Positions 16,172 to 25,148 of a DNA stretch of 35,835 nt are shown in pieces. Origin of the DNA: Deltaproteobacteria bacterium (GTDB taxonomy: Bacteria > Desulfobacterota > Desulfobaccia > Desulfobaccales > 0-14-0-80-60-11); the NCBI GenBank assembly GCA_019308625.1, contig JAFDHU010000012.1, positions 1 to 35,835 on the forward strand, read 5' to 3'. Every line of letters begins with the position of its first letter. Position 1 is the first letter of the stretch. Below the pieces are notes generated by a model, which saw only the letters and a list, made by a program, of their open reading frames with translations, was not told where the DNA came from and did no database searches. The position numbers were made by a program, and so were the translations under genes.

Positions 16172-17332
16172 TTAGAACGGAGGGACCACCGAGTAACCCA
16201 GGAAACCCTTGCTGGTATAGCGCACCCCGACGTAAATGGCCAGGACCACGAACAGACGCTTCAGCCAGACGTCAGGGATATACTTGGAGGTGTAGGGCCC
16301 GATGAAGGAGCCGGTGGCGATGCCCACCAGTTCGGCGCCCACCAGCAGAAAGTCCACCGGCACCCCCTTGACAATCATGTAGCTGAAGATGGAGGTGATC
16401 ATCCCCACTAGCACAGCCACCGCCGAGGTGCCGGCCACGATGTACATGGGCAGGCCGGTCACCGAGGTAAGGAAGGGCACGTACAGGAAGCCGCCGCCGA
16501 TTCCCAGGAAGGCTGCCAGGGCGGCGATAAAGAAGCCGCCGATCACCGGCAGGATGGGGTTGAAAGAGAATTCCACCCCGCCGAAGGTAAACTTTACCCG
16601 AGTGGCGGTAAAGCTGGTGATCCTGGTGCCCAGGTCCGCGACGCTGCCACCGGCCTTTTTGGCCTTCACCGACTCTTCAAAGGCCCTGGCCGCCGCCCGG
16701 GCTTCCTTTCTCTTGGCCTGCCCCTTCTCGGTGGTCTCATAAAACAGCACCCCGGCGATGAGGAACACGCACAGGCCGAAATAGCCGATGTAGGCACTGA
16801 GTTTGATTTTCCCGGCCGTCAGCACCGGGATCAGGTAGGCCCCCAGAATGCTGCCGCCGGCCAGAAAGAGTCCCAGCGGCAACACAATTCTCCCCATGCG
16901 ATAGTAGTTGGTGGAGGAAATCAGGGCCGACAAGCCCACCAACCACTGGTTGGACACCCGGATGGAGTCGGTGATCAGTTTATTCAACACCGGGCTGGTC
17001 TTTTTGAAGGCCCGGCCGAAATCCGCCAAGCCGAAAATGGTGATGTGGCCCACGCCGGCCATGATGCCGCCGAAGGCGCCCACCGTGGAAAAAATCCAGC
17101 CTACCCAGATGGCCCACAGAATCCCCCACAGCCAGAAAGGTCTGGGGGCCCCGGGGATTCCCAGAAAGCCCGCTTTGGCGTCCATATTGAGTTGGCCTTT
17201 GCCTGTCCCCTTGGGCGTCATGGCAATGGCATCCTCCAGCTTCACGGCCCAGGAGGGCTCGGCCCACAGCAGGACCGCCACGGCAACCAGGAAAACCAAC
17301 ACTCCCACAAGCAACCACGTCTTTTTGTTCAT
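16172..17332 (-). CDS. TSUP/TauE-SafE family anion permease
   Basis: GGAGG RBS 7 nt before ATG 17332. Two repeated halves carry GAFGGIMAGVG and FLGIGGGFLYVPFL motifs, separated by a charged loop. The protein is multi-TM. Confidence 0.8.
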   Translation of the reverse strand: MNKKTWLLVGVLVFLVAVAVLLWAEPSWAVKLEDAIAMTPKGTGKGQLNMDAKAGFLGIPGAPRPFWLWGILWAIWVGWIFSTVGAFGGIMAGVGHITIFGLADFGRAFKKTSPVLNKLITDSIRVSNQWLVGLSALISSTNYYRMGRIVLPLGLFLAGGSILGAYLIPVLTAGKIKLSAYIGYFGLCVFLIAGVLFYETTEKGQAKRKEARAAARAFEESVKAKKAGGSVADLGTRITSFTATRVKFTFGGVEFSFNPILPVIGGFFIAALAAFLGIGGGFLYVPFLTSVTGLPMYIVAGTSAVAVLVGMITSIFSYMIVKGVPVDFLLVGAELVGIATGSFIGPYTSKYIPDVWLKRLFVVLAIYVGVRYTSKGFLGYSVVPPF

Positions 17333-17395
17333 AAAAAGGCCTCCGTTCAAATTAGGAAATCCGATTATGTCCTTAGTTCCGACATCCGGCTTTCA

Positions 17396-17545
17396 GGGTC
17401 GGGGGAGAGCATGGAGAATTCCCCCTCACCCTTCCCCTCTCCCCCATGGGGGGAGAGGGGATTAAAGAGCATCCGGGGGAGAATCACTGGGAAAGTCCCC
17501 CTCTCCCCCCGGTCCCCGGGGGGAGAGGGCCGGGGTGAGGGGGGT
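17396..17545. repeat. pair of GC-rich palindromic (REP-like) intergenic elements
   Basis: First hairpin: CCCCTCTCCCCC-ATG-GGGGGAGAGGGG (17434-17460, 12-bp stem), preceded by CCCCTCACCC. Second hairpin: 14-bp stem 17499-17512 with 17516-17529, followed by GGGGTGAGGGG. This is the same element in the opposite orientation. Confidence 0.85.
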
Positions 17546-17654
17546 AGACTCTTCCGATAAGGTGCCTGGTTTGACGACTTCCTCATCCGTTTTTCCAGGG
17601 AGCATTGTTTGTTAACTTTTACATTAAAAATTTTTATACTGTCAATAATTTTTG

Positions 17655-17683
17655 TTGACATAAATCCATTTTTGTCTTAACAT
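17655..17683 (+). promoter_or_regulatory. sigma-70-like promoter candidate for the regulator/sensor operon
   Basis: TTGACA (17655-17660), a 17-nt spacer, then TAACAT (17678-17683). It lies in a strongly AT-rich island, about 50 nt upstream of ATG 17735. Confidence 0.45.
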
Positions 17684-17734
17684 GCTAACATAATATTAAT
17701 CATTAACATAAACATATTGCCGGGGGCTGGGAGA

Positions 17735-19102
17735 ATGATCCGTCTTGAGGCAGTTTGCGGCAGGGTATTGGAAACCATGCAGGAAGGAGTGGTGGTGGTG
17801 GACCCTACCGGGATGATTCAATGGGTCAACCAGGCCATGGAGAAGATTACCGGCTATGGTCGCCAGGAACTGGTGGGCCAGAGTTGTGCGGTCATCAGGA
17901 GCGACCGCTGTTTCAGCCCCGAGGGACCCACCCGGCACCAATGCCAGCTTTTCCAAGAGGGTGCCATACCCTCCTCCAAATGCGTTTTGGTGGCCAAAGA
18001 CGGCAGCCTGAAGCATGTCTTGAAAAATGCCGTGCTCCTGCAGGACGAGGCCGGCCAGGTGGCCGGCGGGCTGGAAATTATCCTGGACATCAGCGACCTA
18101 GTGGCCCAAGAACGGCTCATTGCCCGTTATCGCCAGGAGCTTCGCCAGGAACACGGCTTCCAGGGTTTGTTGGGGAGGTCTGCCGCCATGCTCCAGCTTT
18201 TTTCTCTGATTTCCAGCGCCGCCCAGACCGAGGCCCCGGTAATCATTTTCGGGGAGAGCGGCACCGGTAAGGAGCTGGTGGCCCAAGCCATTCACCGCCT
18301 CAGCTCCCGGCGGCATGGGCCCTTTGTCAGCGTCAACTGCCGAGCTCTGCCGGCCTCTCTCCTGGATAGCGAGCTTTTCGGCACCACCCGGGCAGCCTCA
18401 GGGAAGTCCGGTCGCCCAGGCCGCCTGCTGGAGGCCCACAGGGGACACCTCTTTTTGAAAGAGGTGGGGGATCTACCCCTGGCCCTCCAGGCCAGGATTC
18501 TCCGGATATTGGAGGGAAAAAGCCTGGATGAGGAAGGGAAAGAGACGGTGTCAGTGGATGTGCGCCTGATTGCCGCCACCACCCGGGACCTGGACCAGCT
18601 GATGTCCGAGGGCCGCTTCCTCCAGGAGCTTTTCTATCGTCTGAACGTCATCCCGGTGCATTTGCCTCCCCTTCGGGCCCGGCGGGAGGACATTCCTCTG
18701 CTGGCCGAGCATTTCCTGGAGCGGGCCGGCCTCAAGGCCCAGAAGGACATCCAAGGTTTCAGCCAGGGGGCCTTGGAGACGCTCATGACCTATGACTGGC
18801 CCGGGAATGTGCGGGAACTCATCAACGCGGTGGAGTATGCCACTCTACTGTGTCCCGGGGGCCACATTCTGCCGGAGCATCTGCCGGTCCATCTTTTCCT
18901 GAGGAGAGGGACGCACCGACGGCGGCTCACTCGGGCGAAGAGGGCCAGTCCGGCAGGCGACCGGGAATTGCTCCTTCAGGCCATGAAGGAAGCCGGGGGC
19001 AACCAGAGCGAAGCCGCCCGCAAGCTCGGAGTCAGTCGAGTTACGTTGTGGAAATGGCTGAAAAATTATAATATTAACCCCAAAGATCTGGGTTTGTTCT
19101 GA
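17735..19102 (+). CDS. PAS domain / AAA+ bEBP-type (NtrC-family) transcriptional regulator with degenerate Walker B and GAFTGA motifs
   Basis: PAS (VVVVDPTGMIQWVNQAMEKITGY). Walker A is GESGTGKE. The ESELFG-like DSELFG is followed by TTRAASGKS where GAFTGA is expected. LFLKEV replaces LFLDEI. RFLQELFYRLNV is present, and the C-terminal Fis-type HTH is GNQSEAARKLGVSRVTLWKWL. The ORF opens at TTG 17717; ATG 17735 is preferred. Confidence 0.85.
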   Translation: MIRLEAVCGRVLETMQEGVVVVDPTGMIQWVNQAMEKITGYGRQELVGQSCAVIRSDRCFSPEGPTRHQCQLFQEGAIPSSKCVLVAKDGSLKHVLKNAVLLQDEAGQVAGGLEIILDISDLVAQERLIARYRQELRQEHGFQGLLGRSAAMLQLFSLISSAAQTEAPVIIFGESGTGKELVAQAIHRLSSRRHGPFVSVNCRALPASLLDSELFGTTRAASGKSGRPGRLLEAHRGHLFLKEVGDLPLALQARILRILEGKSLDEEGKETVSVDVRLIAATTRDLDQLMSEGRFLQELFYRLNVIPVHLPPLRARREDIPLLAEHFLERAGLKAQKDIQGFSQGALETLMTYDWPGNVRELINAVEYATLLCPGGHILPEHLPVHLFLRRGTHRRRLTRAKRASPAGDRELLLQAMKEAGGNQSEAARKLGVSRVTLWKWLKNYNINPKDLGLF

Positions 19103-20088
19103 TGACCAGAAAGCGCTGTCACTCCCGCGACAGGGCGACCGGGATCTTGGTGGGGGTTGTGGCCTTGGTGCTGGGGGCTGCGATTCTCCTCGGGGGCTGC
19201 GGAGAGAGTGAGCCGGTCAAAAAGGTTGACCTGTCCCAACGGGAAGAAATCACGGTCTACCGCCCGGAGAACGCCGTCACCTATGCCTACCTGCCGCAGT
19301 ATGCCCACACGGTTTCCTATGAGCGCCACCACCTGCTGGTGGAGTATTTGTGCCGCGCCACCGGCCTTAAGTTCCGTCAGGTTTTCCCGGACACCTTTGA
19401 TGAGCATATGCACATGGTGGGTCGGGGCCTCATTGACATCTCCTTCAGTAACCCCTTTATTTACGTGAAAATCGCCGACCGTTACGGGGCCCGGGCTTTT
19501 GTCCGGGTGATTGAGAAAAAAGGCAAGGAAAAATTCCGGGGCCAGATCATTTGCCGGGCTGACAACCGGGAGATCAAGACCCTGGCGGACATCAAAGGCA
19601 AACGACTGATCGCCGTGGACCCCACCTCGGCCGGCGGCTTCCTCTACCCCATGAGTCTGATGATGAAGCACGGCATCCGCCGGGAGGATTTGGCAGAGAT
19701 CGCTTTCTCCCCCGGGCCGGGGGGTAAGCAGGAAAAAGTGGTCATGGCGGTGTATTCCGGGAAATACGATGTGGGCCTGATTCGGGAAGGGACCCTGGAT
19801 GTCCTGGCTGACAAGATTGACATCAAGGAAATCCGCATCCTGGCCCATACCCCCTGGTATCCGGGCTGGGTGTATGCCGCCCGGCGAGGGCTGGACCCGA
19901 AGGTGGTCCAGAAAACCAAACAGGCGCTTTTGGCCCTGGATATAAAAAATCCCCAGCACGCCGCCATCCTGAAAAGGGCCGGTTTCATTCGGGTGATTCC
20001 GGCCAAAGATGAAGACTTTGATCCGGTGCGGGAGCTGGCCGAGTTTGTAAAAGCCCAGGGAGGGCGAACCTTGAAGCCGCCGCCATGA
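19102..20088 (+). CDS. PhnD-like periplasmic substrate-binding lipoprotein (no cognate ABC permease/ATPase nearby)
   Basis: The start overlaps the upstream stop (TGATG). The lipobox is LLGGC. The body has the phosphonate/phosphate-binding-protein-like pattern (YAYLPQY..., GKRLIAVDPTSAGGFLYP). Confidence 0.75.
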   Translation: MTRKRCHSRDRATGILVGVVALVLGAAILLGGCGESEPVKKVDLSQREEITVYRPENAVTYAYLPQYAHTVSYERHHLLVEYLCRATGLKFRQVFPDTFDEHMHMVGRGLIDISFSNPFIYVKIADRYGARAFVRVIEKKGKEKFRGQIICRADNREIKTLADIKGKRLIAVDPTSAGGFLYPMSLMMKHGIRREDLAEIAFSPGPGGKQEKVVMAVYSGKYDVGLIREGTLDVLADKIDIKEIRILAHTPWYPGWVYAARRGLDPKVVQKTKQALLALDIKNPQHAAILKRAGFIRVIPAKDEDFDPVRELAEFVKAQGGRTLKPPP

Positions 20089-20112
20089 GGGCAGACCGAA
20101 CAAATCGGATTC

Positions 20113-22206
20113 ATGCGATTCCTAGCCAGATTATCTTTTAAAGGCAAAATAATCCTGGGCATCACGGCGGTGGTGTTGCTCTTCGGGGTATTGTCGGCCC
20201 TGTTTGTCAGCCGCATCGCCAGCCGGGCCATGCTGGCGGAAATTAAAAAACGGGGCCTGAGCCTGGGCCTGAGTCTGGCCGGGCGGGCGGCTGACCCCAT
20301 GCTGGCGGTGGACTTTCTCCGCCTCAAGAACATGGTGGATGAAATCAAGGAATCCAGCGACGACATTGTTTATGTCTTTATCCAGGACAAATCCGGCCAA
20401 GTATTGTCCCACACCTTCAAAAGCGGCTTCCCGGTCAATCTGAAAGCCGCCAACGTGGTGCCGCCGGGGGCTGAGCGCCACATTCAGTTGCTGGAAATTG
20501 ATGAAGCGGAGCGGGTTTACGACTTCGCCCTGCCGGTGGCCATCGGCAGCGAGCGCTTGGGCACGGTGCGGGTGGGACTTTCCCAGAGGAAGGCCCAAGC
20601 CGCGGTGCAGCGCCTGCTGTTTATTATCTTCAGTGTTTCCGTGGGCGGCGGGGTGGTGGCCGTGGTACTGGGCACTTTTTTTGCCCGCACCGTTACCCGG
20701 CGTCTGGATGTGTTGCGCAAATCCGCCGAGGAGATCGTCAAAGGCAACCTGGATGTCCAAACCGGACCACGGCTCAAAAAAAACTGTTGGGAGATCAAAA
20801 ACTGTCAGAACCCGAAATGCCCGGCTTATGGCGACATCCGCCGCCGCTGCTGGTATCTGGCCGGTACCCTGTGTCCGGAGTGCGCTCCCGGAGCTTTTGA
20901 ACAAAAGATCCAGGCCTGTCGTACCTGCAGGGTTTATTGGGAAAACGCCGGTGACGAAATCCAGAGCCTGGCTGAAGCCTTTGACTTTATGGCCCTCAGC
21001 CTGAATTCCTATATTGAGGACCTCAAGGAGGCGGAGAAAAACATCACCCGGCAGCAGCAACTTTTCAAGACCATCCTGGACGTCACCCCCGACCTGATGA
21101 GCCTCCAGGATGCCGACCTGCGCTTCCGGGCCGTCAATCCCGCCTTCTGCCAATATTTCTCCTTCACCGAAGCCGACATCCTGGGCAAAACCTACGCCGA
21201 TCTTTTCCCGCCCGAGAAGGCCGAGCTTTTCCGAGCCGAAGACCTGGAGATCATGCGGACCGGCAAGCCTCTTTCCAAGGAAATTTTAATCAGCAAAGGG
21301 AAAAACCAGCACTGGTTCCACATGGTGAAGGTGCCGGTTTACGACGAGGCCCGGATTGTGGGTTTGCTGCTCACGGCCCGGGACATTACCGAAATGAAGC
21401 GCTTTCAGGAAAAGCTGATTCAGACCGTGAAAATGGAGGAGCTGGGCAAGCTGGCCGGCGGCGTGGCCCACGAAATCAACACCCCCCTGGGCATCATCCT
21501 GGGCTATGCCCAGATGCTCCTGGAAGACATCCCCCCGGACCGCGAAAGCCATGAGTATCTGAAAATCATTGAAAAACAGACCCAAATCGCCCGCCGCATC
21601 GTGGCCGACCTGCTGAACTTTTCCCGGGTGAGCGAAAGCCGCATGGAGGAAATGGACCTCAACCGGTCCATCGACGAGGTGCTGCAACTGGTGCGGCATA
21701 TCTTCAAGCAGGACTGGGTGGACCTGGAGGTCTCCCTTGACCCTCGGATCCCGCTTATCCGGGGGGACCGGGAGAAGCTCAAACAGGTGTGGCTCAACCT
21801 GTTGAACAATGCCTTTGAATCCATCGGCCGGGACGGTCTTATTCGGATGACCTCCAAGCTGTGCCCCCAGGGAAATCATGTGGTGGTGACCGTCTCTGAT
21901 ACCGGCGCCGGTATCAGCGACCAGGACCTGGAACGGATTTTTGAACCCTTTTTCAGCACCAAGGGCCCGGGGGTGGGCACCGGCCTCGGCCTGTCAGTGT
22001 CCTACGGCATTGTCCGGGAGCACCATGGCAGGATTTTTGCGGTGAGCCCGGCTCCGCCGGAGTTTCTGGGCCATACCGGAAAACCTGCAGGCCCCGGAGC
22101 CCTGTTTGTGGTGATCCTCCCGGTGGATTGGGAGAGGCCCGTAGTGGATGCTTGCGAGGAACTGGCGGCGCTCAACCTGTATGACCACCGCTGGGCCGCC
22201 GTGTAG
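20113..22206 (+). CDS. sensor histidine kinase (periplasmic sensor, HAMP split by 8-Cys module, PAS, HisKA, HATPase_c)
   Basis: Two TM segments flank a periplasmic domain of about 140 aa. HAMP AS1 is [20 protein letters not shown] and AS2 is [21 protein letters not shown] is present. The H-box is [17 protein letters not shown], the N-box [10 protein letters not shown] and the G-boxes DTGAGI/GTGLGLS. Confidence 0.9.
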   Translation: MRFLARLSFKGKIILGITAVVLLFGVLSALFVSRIASRAMLAEIKKRGLSLGLSLAGRAADPMLAVDFLRLKNMVDEIKESSDDIVYVFIQDKSGQVLSHTFKSGFPVNLKAANVVPPGAERHIQLLEIDEAERVYDFALPVAIGSERLGTVRVGLSQRKAQAAVQRLLFIIFSVSVGGGVVAVVLGTFFARTVTRRLDVLRKSAEEIVKGNLDVQTGPRLKKNCWEIKNCQNPKCPAYGDIRRRCWYLAGTLCPECAPGAFEQKIQACRTCRVYWENAGDEIQSLAEAFDFMALSLNSYIEDLKEAEKNITRQQQLFKTILDVTPDLMSLQDADLRFRAVNPAFCQYFSFTEADILGKTYADLFPPEKAELFRAEDLEIMRTGKPLSKEILISKGKNQHWFHMVKVPVYDEARIVGLLLTARDITEMKRFQEKLIQTVKMEELGKLAGGVAHEINTPLGIILGYAQMLLEDIPPDRESHEYLKIIEKQTQIARRIVADLLNFSRVSESRMEEMDLNRSIDEVLQLVRHIFKQDWVDLEVSLDPRIPLIRGDREKLKQVWLNLLNNAFESIGRDGLIRMTSKLCPQGNHVVVTVSDTGAGISDQDLERIFEPFFSTKGPGVGTGLGLSVSYGIVREHHGRIFAVSPAPPEFLGHTGKPAGPGALFVVILPVDWERPVVDACEELAALNLYDHRWAAV

Positions 22207-22214
22207 GAGGACTT

Positions 22215-22598
22215 ATGGGACAGATATTGGTGCTGGACGACATCCTGGACGCGGCGGTGATGGTCCAGCGCATCCTGGAGCGCAAAGGCCATCAGGTGGC
22301 GGTTTTCACCGATGAAGAGGAGGCCTTGGCCCACCTGCGGGCCTCTCCGGTGGATGTGGCTATTCTGGATATCCGGCTCAAAAAGATGAGCGGCGTGGAT
22401 GTTCTGGAAGAGATGAAAAAAATCTCGCCCCGTACCCAGGTCATCATGCTTACCGGCTATCCCACCCTGGAGACGGCCCGCCAGGCCCAGGAGTGGGGCG
22501 CTTTTGATTACTGCATCAAGCCCATTGACAAGGACGAGCTGGAGGAGAAGGTGGCCAGCGCGCTGGCTGCCGCCGCCGCGCCCGTCCAGACCCCATGA
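22215..22598 (+). CDS. stand-alone CheY-like response regulator receiver
   Basis: 127 aa with a GGAGGA RBS. Canonical residues are present: LVLDD, AILDIRL, MLTG, IKP. Confidence 0.9.
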   Translation: MGQILVLDDILDAAVMVQRILERKGHQVAVFTDEEEALAHLRASPVDVAILDIRLKKMSGVDVLEEMKKISPRTQVIMLTGYPTLETARQAQEWGAFDYCIKPIDKDELEEKVASALAAAAAPVQTP

Positions 22599-25126
22599 AT
22601 TTCGGCCAGTTCCTGAAATACTGGACCCTCCAGGCCTTCGCGCCAGGCAAACTGCTGCACCACAAATACGCCGCGTTCAAGGAACTCCTGCGCCACGACA
22701 AGAGAAGCCTGGAGCTCATTACCGAACTGGAGGAAATTCGGCACGGGGGGATGCCGGTGGATTGGGCCAGGGTGAGCCGCCTGGTCCGGGCCCTCAACTG
22801 GTCGGTGGGCGGTCTGATCCGCTCCCTGAGGGCCATGCACCCGTTAGCCTACGGGGATTTGGAGCAGCGTTTCGCTGCTCTGGAGTCCTCCCTTCTGGCG
22901 GCCATTTCCCTCCCCCGGGGAGACGGAACCCCGCCCTACGCTTTGACGCTGATGGAGGCCGCCGAGGCGCCGGCCTTGGCCGGAGGCAAGGCCCAGGCCT
23001 TGGGACGGGTTCTCAGGGAAACGAAGCTGCCGGTCCCTCGGGGCTTTGTCATCACCACCCGGGCTTTCCACCTTTTCCTGGCCCACAATAGCCTCTGGCA
23101 CCGGCTGGAAGAGCTTTTAAGTGAAGCCCGCCCGGACCACTGGGAACGTCTGCAGGAACTCTCTCGGGAAATGACCGCCATGGTCCTGGAAGGGGAGATC
23201 CCGAGCCCGGTGAGGCGGGAAATCAGGCAGCGGCTCTCCGAACTTAAACAGGAAGGGGTCAGCTCTTTCAGTCTCCGGAGCAGCGCCGTCGGGGAGGATG
23301 GGGAGGCCTCCTTCGCTGGCCAGTACGCCAGCGTGCTGCAGGTGCCCGCCGAGGCTGTGCTGGCAGCTTATAAAGAAGTCCTGGCCGGCAAATATGCGCC
23401 CCGGGCCGTGGCTTACCGCATCCGGCAGGGTTTGGCGGAGGAAGACACCTCCATGGCCGTGTTGGTCATGGAAATGATTGAGGCCCGGGTCAGCGGCGTG
23501 ATTTACACCCGGGACCGGCCGCCCGGGGGGGAGGTGCCGGAAGCAGTGGCGGTGTATGCGGTCCCTGGTCCGGGACGGCGGCTGGTGGACGGCAGTGCCG
23601 AACCGGAGGTGCACTATTTCACCCGGGAGCCTGAGCCCCGGTTGCTGCAGAGCATCCCCGGCCGCGCTTGTGCGGCGGAGTTTCCCGGGAAGGGCTGCCT
23701 CGCCCCGGAGACTGCGGCCCTTCTGGCCGCCTGGGGCCTGCGCCTGGAAGAGTTGGCCGCTTGCCCCCAGGATATCGAGTGGTGCCAAGACAGACTGGGG
23801 GCCTGCTACATTCTGCAGACACGGCCCCTGGTAACGGAAGATGGTTCCTTCCCCGGGGAGGAAGCCAGGGAGATGCCGTCTGTCCGCCTGCCTGTCCTCC
23901 TGGAGGAAGGGGATACGGCCAGCCCCGGGGTGGCGACGGGCCGGGTTTACGTTCTCCGGAGTGAGGCGGAGTTGGGTGAGGTGCCCGAGGGAGCGGTACT
24001 GGTATGTCCCACCCTGTCGCCTTCTCTGGCGGGGGTGGTGGGGCGGCTGCGAGCGGTGGTGGCGGAGAGCGGCAGTCGGGCCAGCCATTTTGCCTCCGTG
24101 GCCCGGGAATTTGGCCTGCCCGTGCTGGCCGCGGCTTCCGGGGCCGCCCGGCGCCTGACTCCCGGCCAGGTGGTCACGGTGGATGCCGACCGCGGCCGGA
24201 TTTACCAGGGGGAGAGGCCCGGTCCGGCCCGGGAGCTTCAAGGGGCTGCCACCCGGCCGGGCGCGCCGTTTTGGAACCGGTTGCACCGGGTCATGGAACT
24301 GGTGGCCCCTTTGCACCTCCTGGATCCCGCCTCCCCTGAATTTTCTCCGGCCCACTGCGCCAGTGCCCACGATTTTGTGCGGTTTGCCCATGAAAAAGGC
24401 ATGGCCGAGATGTTCTCCCTGGTGGGGCGAAGCGGCCGGGGACTGGGCCGGGCCCGGCAACTGACCACCGATCTGCCCATCACCATTTATGTACTGGACC
24501 TGGAGGGCGGCGTGGCCCCAGAAGCCGCGGACAAAAAGACCATTGAGCCTCGGCATATTACCTCCCCTCTGATGCGGGCCTGCTGGGAAGGGCTCACCCA
24601 TCCGGAGGTGACCTGGCAAAAAGGTCTGGTGCACCTGGACTGGGAGGAGATGGACCGCATTAGCGCCGGCATTGTGAGTTTCAAATCACCCCGTCTGGCC
24701 AGCTATGCAGTAGTGGCCCAGGAATATCTGCATCTAGTGCTGCGGTTCGGCTATCATTTTGCCGTCCTGGACGCCCTGTGTGGAGAGGACTCTGAGGCCA
24801 ACTATCTCACCTTCCGCTTTAAGGGCGGCGGCGCGGACTACGACCACCGGCTGCGGCGGGTGAGGCTCATCCGGGACATCCTGGAGTGGGCCGGGTTCAC
24901 CGTCCAGACCCGGGGGGACCTGCTGGATGCCCGCTTTGCCCGCCGCCCCGCTGCCCCCACCCTGGCCCGCCTGACCCTGCTGGGGATCCTCCAGGGCAAA
25001 ACCCAGCTTTTGGATATGGCCCTGGACAGCGAGCTCCAGGTGGAGGAAATGGCGGCTGACTTCAAGGCCAGGTTTGGGAGATATGCAGCCGACGCCGAAA
25101 TGCCGGAACGCGGGGATAAAGGTTGA
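22595..25126 (+). CDS. PEP-utilising/PpsA-PPDK-like phosphohistidine enzyme with uncharacterised N- and C-terminal domains
   Basis: ATGA overlap with the receiver gene. PPDK_N-type ATP-grasp motifs: GGKAQALG, SLRSSAVGEDGEASFAGQ, MAVLVMEMIEARVSGVIYT, DIEWCQD..YILQTRP. The swivel domain is GVATGRVYV...VLVCPTLSPS...ESGSRASHFASVAREFGLPVL (His498, nt 24086-24088). The last 290 aa or so lack motifs of the PEP/pyruvate TIM barrel. Confidence 0.85.
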   Translation: MNFGQFLKYWTLQAFAPGKLLHHKYAAFKELLRHDKRSLELITELEEIRHGGMPVDWARVSRLVRALNWSVGGLIRSLRAMHPLAYGDLEQRFAALESSLLAAISLPRGDGTPPYALTLMEAAEAPALAGGKAQALGRVLRETKLPVPRGFVITTRAFHLFLAHNSLWHRLEELLSEARPDHWERLQELSREMTAMVLEGEIPSPVRREIRQRLSELKQEGVSSFSLRSSAVGEDGEASFAGQYASVLQVPAEAVLAAYKEVLAGKYAPRAVAYRIRQGLAEEDTSMAVLVMEMIEARVSGVIYTRDRPPGGEVPEAVAVYAVPGPGRRLVDGSAEPEVHYFTREPEPRLLQSIPGRACAAEFPGKGCLAPETAALLAAWGLRLEELAACPQDIEWCQDRLGACYILQTRPLVTEDGSFPGEEAREMPSVRLPVLLEEGDTASPGVATGRVYVLRSEAELGEVPEGAVLVCPTLSPSLAGVVGRLRAVVAESGSRASHFASVAREFGLPVLAAASGAARRLTPGQVVTVDADRGRIYQGERPGPARELQGAATRPGAPFWNRLHRVMELVAPLHLLDPASPEFSPAHCASAHDFVRFAHEKGMAEMFSLVGRSGRGLGRARQLTTDLPITIYVLDLEGGVAPEAADKKTIEPRHITSPLMRACWEGLTHPEVTWQKGLVHLDWEEMDRISAGIVSFKSPRLASYAVVAQEYLHLVLRFGYHFAVLDALCGEDSEANYLTFRFKGGGADYDHRLRRVRLIRDILEWAGFTVQTRGDLLDARFARRPAAPTLARLTLLGILQGKTQLLDMALDSELQVEEMAADFKARFGRYAADAEMPERGDKG

Positions 25127-25148
25127 ATCAGGAGACTGGGTGAGGCCA

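Noticed and set aside
17365-17661. 98-aa minus-strand ORF containing PSPPGDRGERG and PLSPHGGEGKGEGE
   Set aside because: The translation is produced by reading through the GC-rich palindromic repeat elements and the AT-rich promoter island. It is not a plausible protein.
19066-21153. Long minus-strand ORFs (19066..20103, 19644..20366, 20131..21153)
   Set aside because: They are antisense to the PhnD-like and histidine kinase genes, both of which have clear family motifs. Their composition is typical of high-GC shadow frames.
23117-24634. 505-aa minus-strand ORF
   Set aside because: It is antisense to the PpsA-like gene, whose ATP-grasp and swivel-His motifs fix the true frame. The ORF is Pro/Gly/Arg-rich with no motifs.
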